Positions 37,080 to 40,056 of a stretch of DNA of 40,056 nucleotides are shown piece after piece. Each line of letters starts with the position of its first letter. Position 1 is the first letter of the stretch. A program made the translations under genes and the position numbers. The notes under the pieces are model-generated. The model saw nothing but the letters and a program-made list of their open reading frames with translations, had not been told where the DNA came from and did no database searches. The DNA lies in assembly GCA_031288975.1 (NCBI GenBank), contig JAITQK010000066.1:1-40056 (forward strand), read 5' to 3'. The DNA is from Treponema sp. GTDB taxonomy: Bacteria > Spirochaetota > Spirochaetia > Treponematales > Breznakiellaceae.

Positions 37080-37287
37080 ATATATTCCGGTACCGAGCCG
37101 GCAGGTCTCCATCACAAGTTACCGAACGGTCGTTAACATATACTATAACCATTTCATCGTGATTTGGCAACATTATTTTTACCGATTTTCCGCTATTTGA
37201 CCTAGATACTTGTCTATAATTGGTAGCTCCTTTTTGCTGCGTAGCCACCGCCTTTTCTTTTGCAATACGGCGGCTCGCCTCCGGTAT

Positions 37288-38253
37288 TTACGGGTTTACA
37301 ATGTTGATTGGTTTTCCCACGATAAAGGCTTTCAGATCCTCAACGGCAATGTCCATAAGGCGCCGGCGGCTTTCTTTGGGGGCCCAGGAAATGTGCGGCG
37401 TGATGATACAGTTCTTCGCCTTGAGGAGCGGATTGTTCCCCGTAATAGGCTCGGTTGAAACAACGTCCAATCCCGCCGCGTATACCTTGCCGGAATTCAG
37501 GGCATCGGCCAAATCCTGTTCGACAACAAGAGGTCCGCGGGAGTTGTTGAGTATGATGACGCCGTTTTTCATTTTCGCTATGTTACTTTTGTTTATGATG
37601 CCCTGCGTGGACGGCAGAAGCGGACAATGCAGGGCGATAACATCCGATTCCGCGAGCAGCTTGTCCAGCGGCACATAGGGGGCAAGGGCCTTGCCCACGT
37701 CGCTTTCAAACTCGTCGTGGGCGATGACGTTCATTCCCAGAGCCTTGGCGATTGTGCCGGTCGCCTGACCAATACGGCCAAAGCCGATGATGCCCATTGT
37801 TTTGCCCGCCAGTTCGATAAGCGGATAGTCCCAGAAACACCAGTCGGCGTTCTTTTCCCAGCGGCCTTCGTGGACGGCCTTGTCATGGTGGCCGGCATGG
37901 TGGCAGATTTCCAGAAGCAGGGCGATGGCAAACTGGCCCACGGCGGCTGTACCGTAGGTGGGAATATTGCACACAGGAATGCCTTTCTCCTTTGCGGCTC
38001 CCACGTCCACCACATTGTAGCCCGTAGCCAGAACCCCGATGTATTTGATACCGGGACAGGCGTCCAGGGTTTCTTTCGAGACAGGCGTTTTGTTGACGAT
38101 GACAGCCTCAGCATTGCCAATTCTTTCTATAATTGTTTTGGTCTCGTTTACGGGCGTGCGGTCGTAGACCTTCAGTTCGCCCAGAGCTTCAAAGCTGCCC
38201 CAGCTTAAATCGCCGGGATTTTCAGTGTACCCGTCAAGTATAACGATTTTCAT
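37288..38253 (-). CDS. D-isomer-specific 2-hydroxyacid dehydrogenase (glycerate/hydroxypyruvate reductase-like)
   Basis: NAD-binding 'GIIGFGRIGQATGTIAKALGM'. Catalytic region 'NNSRGPLVVEQDLADAL'. 321 aa. Confidence 0.85.
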   Translation of the reverse strand: MKIVILDGYTENPGDLSWGSFEALGELKVYDRTPVNETKTIIERIGNAEAVIVNKTPVSKETLDACPGIKYIGVLATGYNVVDVGAAKEKGIPVCNIPTYGTAAVGQFAIALLLEICHHAGHHDKAVHEGRWEKNADWCFWDYPLIELAGKTMGIIGFGRIGQATGTIAKALGMNVIAHDEFESDVGKALAPYVPLDKLLAESDVIALHCPLLPSTQGIINKSNIAKMKNGVIILNNSRGPLVVEQDLADALNSGKVYAAGLDVVSTEPITGNNPLLKAKNCIITPHISWAPKESRRRLMDIAVEDLKAFIVGKPINIVNP

Positions 38254-38436
38254 GTTTGCTCCTTTTTGACTAAGGCGCTGCGCGTCCTAGAGGACTCACA
38301 TATCCTAACGGCGCTGCGCCATCTCGCTTCGCCACCGGCGTATCTGTTCCACCGTCGGCTTCTCCCCATTTTGAATCGCTTTGCGGCAAGGTTCAAGTAC
38401 GAACAGCTCCGCCTGGTCAGATAGGATTCGGCGCGG

Positions 38437-38657
38437 GCTACCATAATATCGGTTGAAAAAAAGTAGAACCCCAAAGGCCCCACTTCGGTGATGTCCCGCA
38501 CCCCGCCGTGGGTCAGGGTTCCTATCGCACCCAGGCTCTTACAGGTGCTTGCCTGCACCTCGCCCCAAAACGAGCCGATGGGCCGCTCGTCGGTATCTTC
38601 TATCACGGCGATAACAGGAACATCCATTTTTCTGATGTCTTCAAAAAAGGCGAACAT
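38437..38657 (-). pseudogene. RraA-family (RraA / 4-hydroxy-4-methyl-2-oxoglutarate aldolase-like) gene fragment
   Basis: 'PVIAVIEDTDERPIGSFWGEVQASTCKSLGAIGTLTHGGVRDITEV' resembles the RraA core. Only about 75 aa are alignable; the ORF is truncated at the N-terminus and runs into unrelated sequence. Confidence 0.3.
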
Positions 38658-38715
38658 CAGTTCCTTTTGTTCAGCGGTGGGCGGTATTGTCCCCGAAACT
38701 CTGGCTGAAGCGGCT

Positions 38716-38762
38716 TGACCTCCAGATAGTTAAGTGCTATTATATAAATATGCTTAACTATC
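38716..38762 (+). promoter_or_regulatory. marR promoter (TTGACC-16-TATTAT) flanked by the inverted repeat GATAGTTAAGtGC / GCTTAACTATC. Probable MarR operator
   Basis: Read directly; the arms match 11/12 and straddle the -10. Confidence 0.5.
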
Positions 38763-38772
38763 TGGAAGATCT

Positions 38773-39207
38773 ATGAGCTTTATCGCGGCCTGGAACTACT
38801 TCTATTGCCGAACGTCCCTGAACGAGTTGCGGTGGATGCACCGGGAGGAATTCCCCGCCGGGTTGTCGTACCACGACATGCTGTACATGAACATCATTGC
38901 CATCACGCCGGACTGCACGGTGAGCGGCTTGGCGGAGATGCTGGGGGTTTCGACACCCGGCGTGACGGAGAAGGTGAACGGCCTGGTACGAAAGGGGCTT
39001 GTCGAGAAGGTTCGGGACAGCGTGGACCGGCGCGTCTTTCGGCTGTGTCTCAAGCCGGAGATTGCGGCGGTATACGAAAGCTGGGGCCGCTTTTCCGGCG
39101 AAATGGAAACACAGTTGCTTCAAAAGTATTCAAAAAACGATCTTGCGCTTTTCACCAGGATTTTGAAAGATGCCGCCGACTACGACCGGACCAGTGAGGC
39201 CAAGTGA
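38773..39207 (+). CDS. MarR-family transcriptional regulator
   Basis: Winged-helix 'SYHDMLYMNIIAITPDCTVSGLAEMLGVSTPGVTEKVNGLVRKGLVEKVRDSVDRRVFRLCL'. Confidence 0.8.
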   Translation: MSFIAAWNYFYCRTSLNELRWMHREEFPAGLSYHDMLYMNIIAITPDCTVSGLAEMLGVSTPGVTEKVNGLVRKGLVEKVRDSVDRRVFRLCLKPEIAAVYESWGRFSGEMETQLLQKYSKNDLALFTRILKDAADYDRTSEAK

Positions 39208-39215
39208 GGTTGATG

Positions 39216-40056
39216 TGAACAAGAAAACAGCGCTTTTTGAAACCGCGCCTATTCCCCGGGCTGTATTGAGCTTCGGCCTTCCCATGATGCTTGGGATGCT
39301 GGTGACGATGGTATACATTATTGTGGACACTTTTTTCGTCGCCCGCACGGGGGACCCGAACCAGGTCGCGGCGGTAACGGTCTGCATGCCCATGTTCATG
39401 CTTTGCATGGGGATGGGGAATATTTTTGGTGTGGGCGGCGCATCCTATATGTCGCGGCTCTTGGGGGAAAAGGATTTTGGACGCATCAAAAAAACCTCCT
39501 CCTTTGTGTTTTATTCCAGCCTTACTTTTGCCCTGGTGGGAATGACGGTGATCTTTCTTTTTATGCCGCGGATACTGCGACTGATCGGCACGTCCCCTTT
39601 TACGGAAGGTTTTTCACGCCGTTACCTGTCCTGGATAGCGGCGGGGGCTCCGGCTATCGTCTTGAGCTTTGCCCTGGGTCAGATAGTGCGCTCCACCGGC
39701 GCCGCCCGCGAAGCCATGACCGGCATGATAATCGGGACGGCCCTCAATATCATACTGGACCCGGTTATGATCCTGGGGATGAACATGGGTGTCGTGGGCG
39801 CCGCCGTGGCGACAGTCATTTCCAATGTGGTTTCGACAGGGTATTACATCATCCTGATTTTCAGGAAGGATTCGGTGTTGTCGATTAACCCCAAGGATTA
39901 TTCGCTTGAGGGAAAAATTGTCCGCAGCGTGCTTGCCATCGGGATACCCACAACTTTAAGTGAATTGCTGATGAGCGCCTCCCAGATGCTGCTCAACAAT
40001 TTTGCTTCCGCCCATGGGGACGGTTTTCTCGCGGCAATCGGCATCGCCTGGACCGT
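39216..40056 (+). CDS. MATE-family multidrug efflux transporter, 5' partial (continues beyond the window)
   Basis: GTG start with a GAGG RBS. Not in the ORF table because no stop falls within the window. TM-rich translation 'VLSFGLPMMLGMLVTMVYIIVDTFFVARTGDPNQVAAVTV...GIPTTLSELLMSASQMLLNNFASAHG' is typical of the NorM/DinF N-terminal half. Confidence 0.75.

Noticed and set aside
39403-39888. 161-aa plus-strand ORF
   Set aside because: Wrong frame. The MATE transporter reads in another frame from the GTG at 39216 and gives a continuous TM-rich translation to the window end.
1-40056. Sigma54 -24/-12 promoters (TGGCAC-N5-TTGCW) as targets of the NtrC-type regulator
   Set aside because: Visual scan found only partial matches (for example 2882, 18963, 21059) with wrong GG-GC spacing. 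None is convincing, so none is reported.

Overview
This 40 kb window looks like spirochaete (Treponema-like) chromosome. GC is about 55-60%, with AT-rich intergenic and accessory stretches. Reading left to right:

1. 1-3.7 kb: an accessory-looking island. It holds a 29-copy 21-bp tandem repeat array and a secreted protein fusing caspase (C14), FN3 and FGE-sulfatase domains, bracketed by ~75-bp direct repeats.
2. 3.8-6.6 kb: an AMMECR1-domain gene translationally coupled to a 737-aa beta-helix-like hypothetical.
3. 6.6-10.0 kb, minus strand: mnmG, a Crp/Fnr regulator, a 4Fe-4S ferredoxin-domain protein and a small Cys-rich protein.
4. 10.1-18.7 kb, plus strand: a ten-gene cluster (YtrA/GntR, SPFH, MacB-like ABC ATPase, FtsX permease, Fic-like, FtsX permease, HicB-HicA, LolA-like, OM beta-barrel) with a leaderless, palindrome-guarded start.
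5. 18.7-20.1 kb: an AT-rich IS607-like remnant in which a TnpA HTH is fused to a shortened TnpB.
6. 20.1-23.9 kb: a dCache MCP, then Hpt and a REC-HD-GYP response regulator, of mixed and partly lower GC.
7. 23.9-24.2 kb: a tmRNA (ssrA) gene on the minus strand.
8. 24.3-26.9 kb: a hypothetical protein, dCMP deaminase and a PfkB-family 1-phosphofructokinase-like kinase.
9. 26.9-37.1 kb, minus strand: a long operon comprising a tandem-TetR regulator, TolC-like OMF, MFP, RND pump, a P-II-like protein with a Pro-rich tail, a PAS histidine kinase and a sigma54 response regulator.
10. 37.3-40.0 kb: a D-2-hydroxyacid dehydrogenase, an RraA-like fragment, MarR with an operator palindrome, and a partial MATE efflux gene.

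No CRISPR, rRNA or tRNA genes were found. The most unusual region is the repeat-flanked caspase-FGE island at the left end. The composite envelope/ABC cluster and the IS607 remnant next to the tmRNA gene come next.
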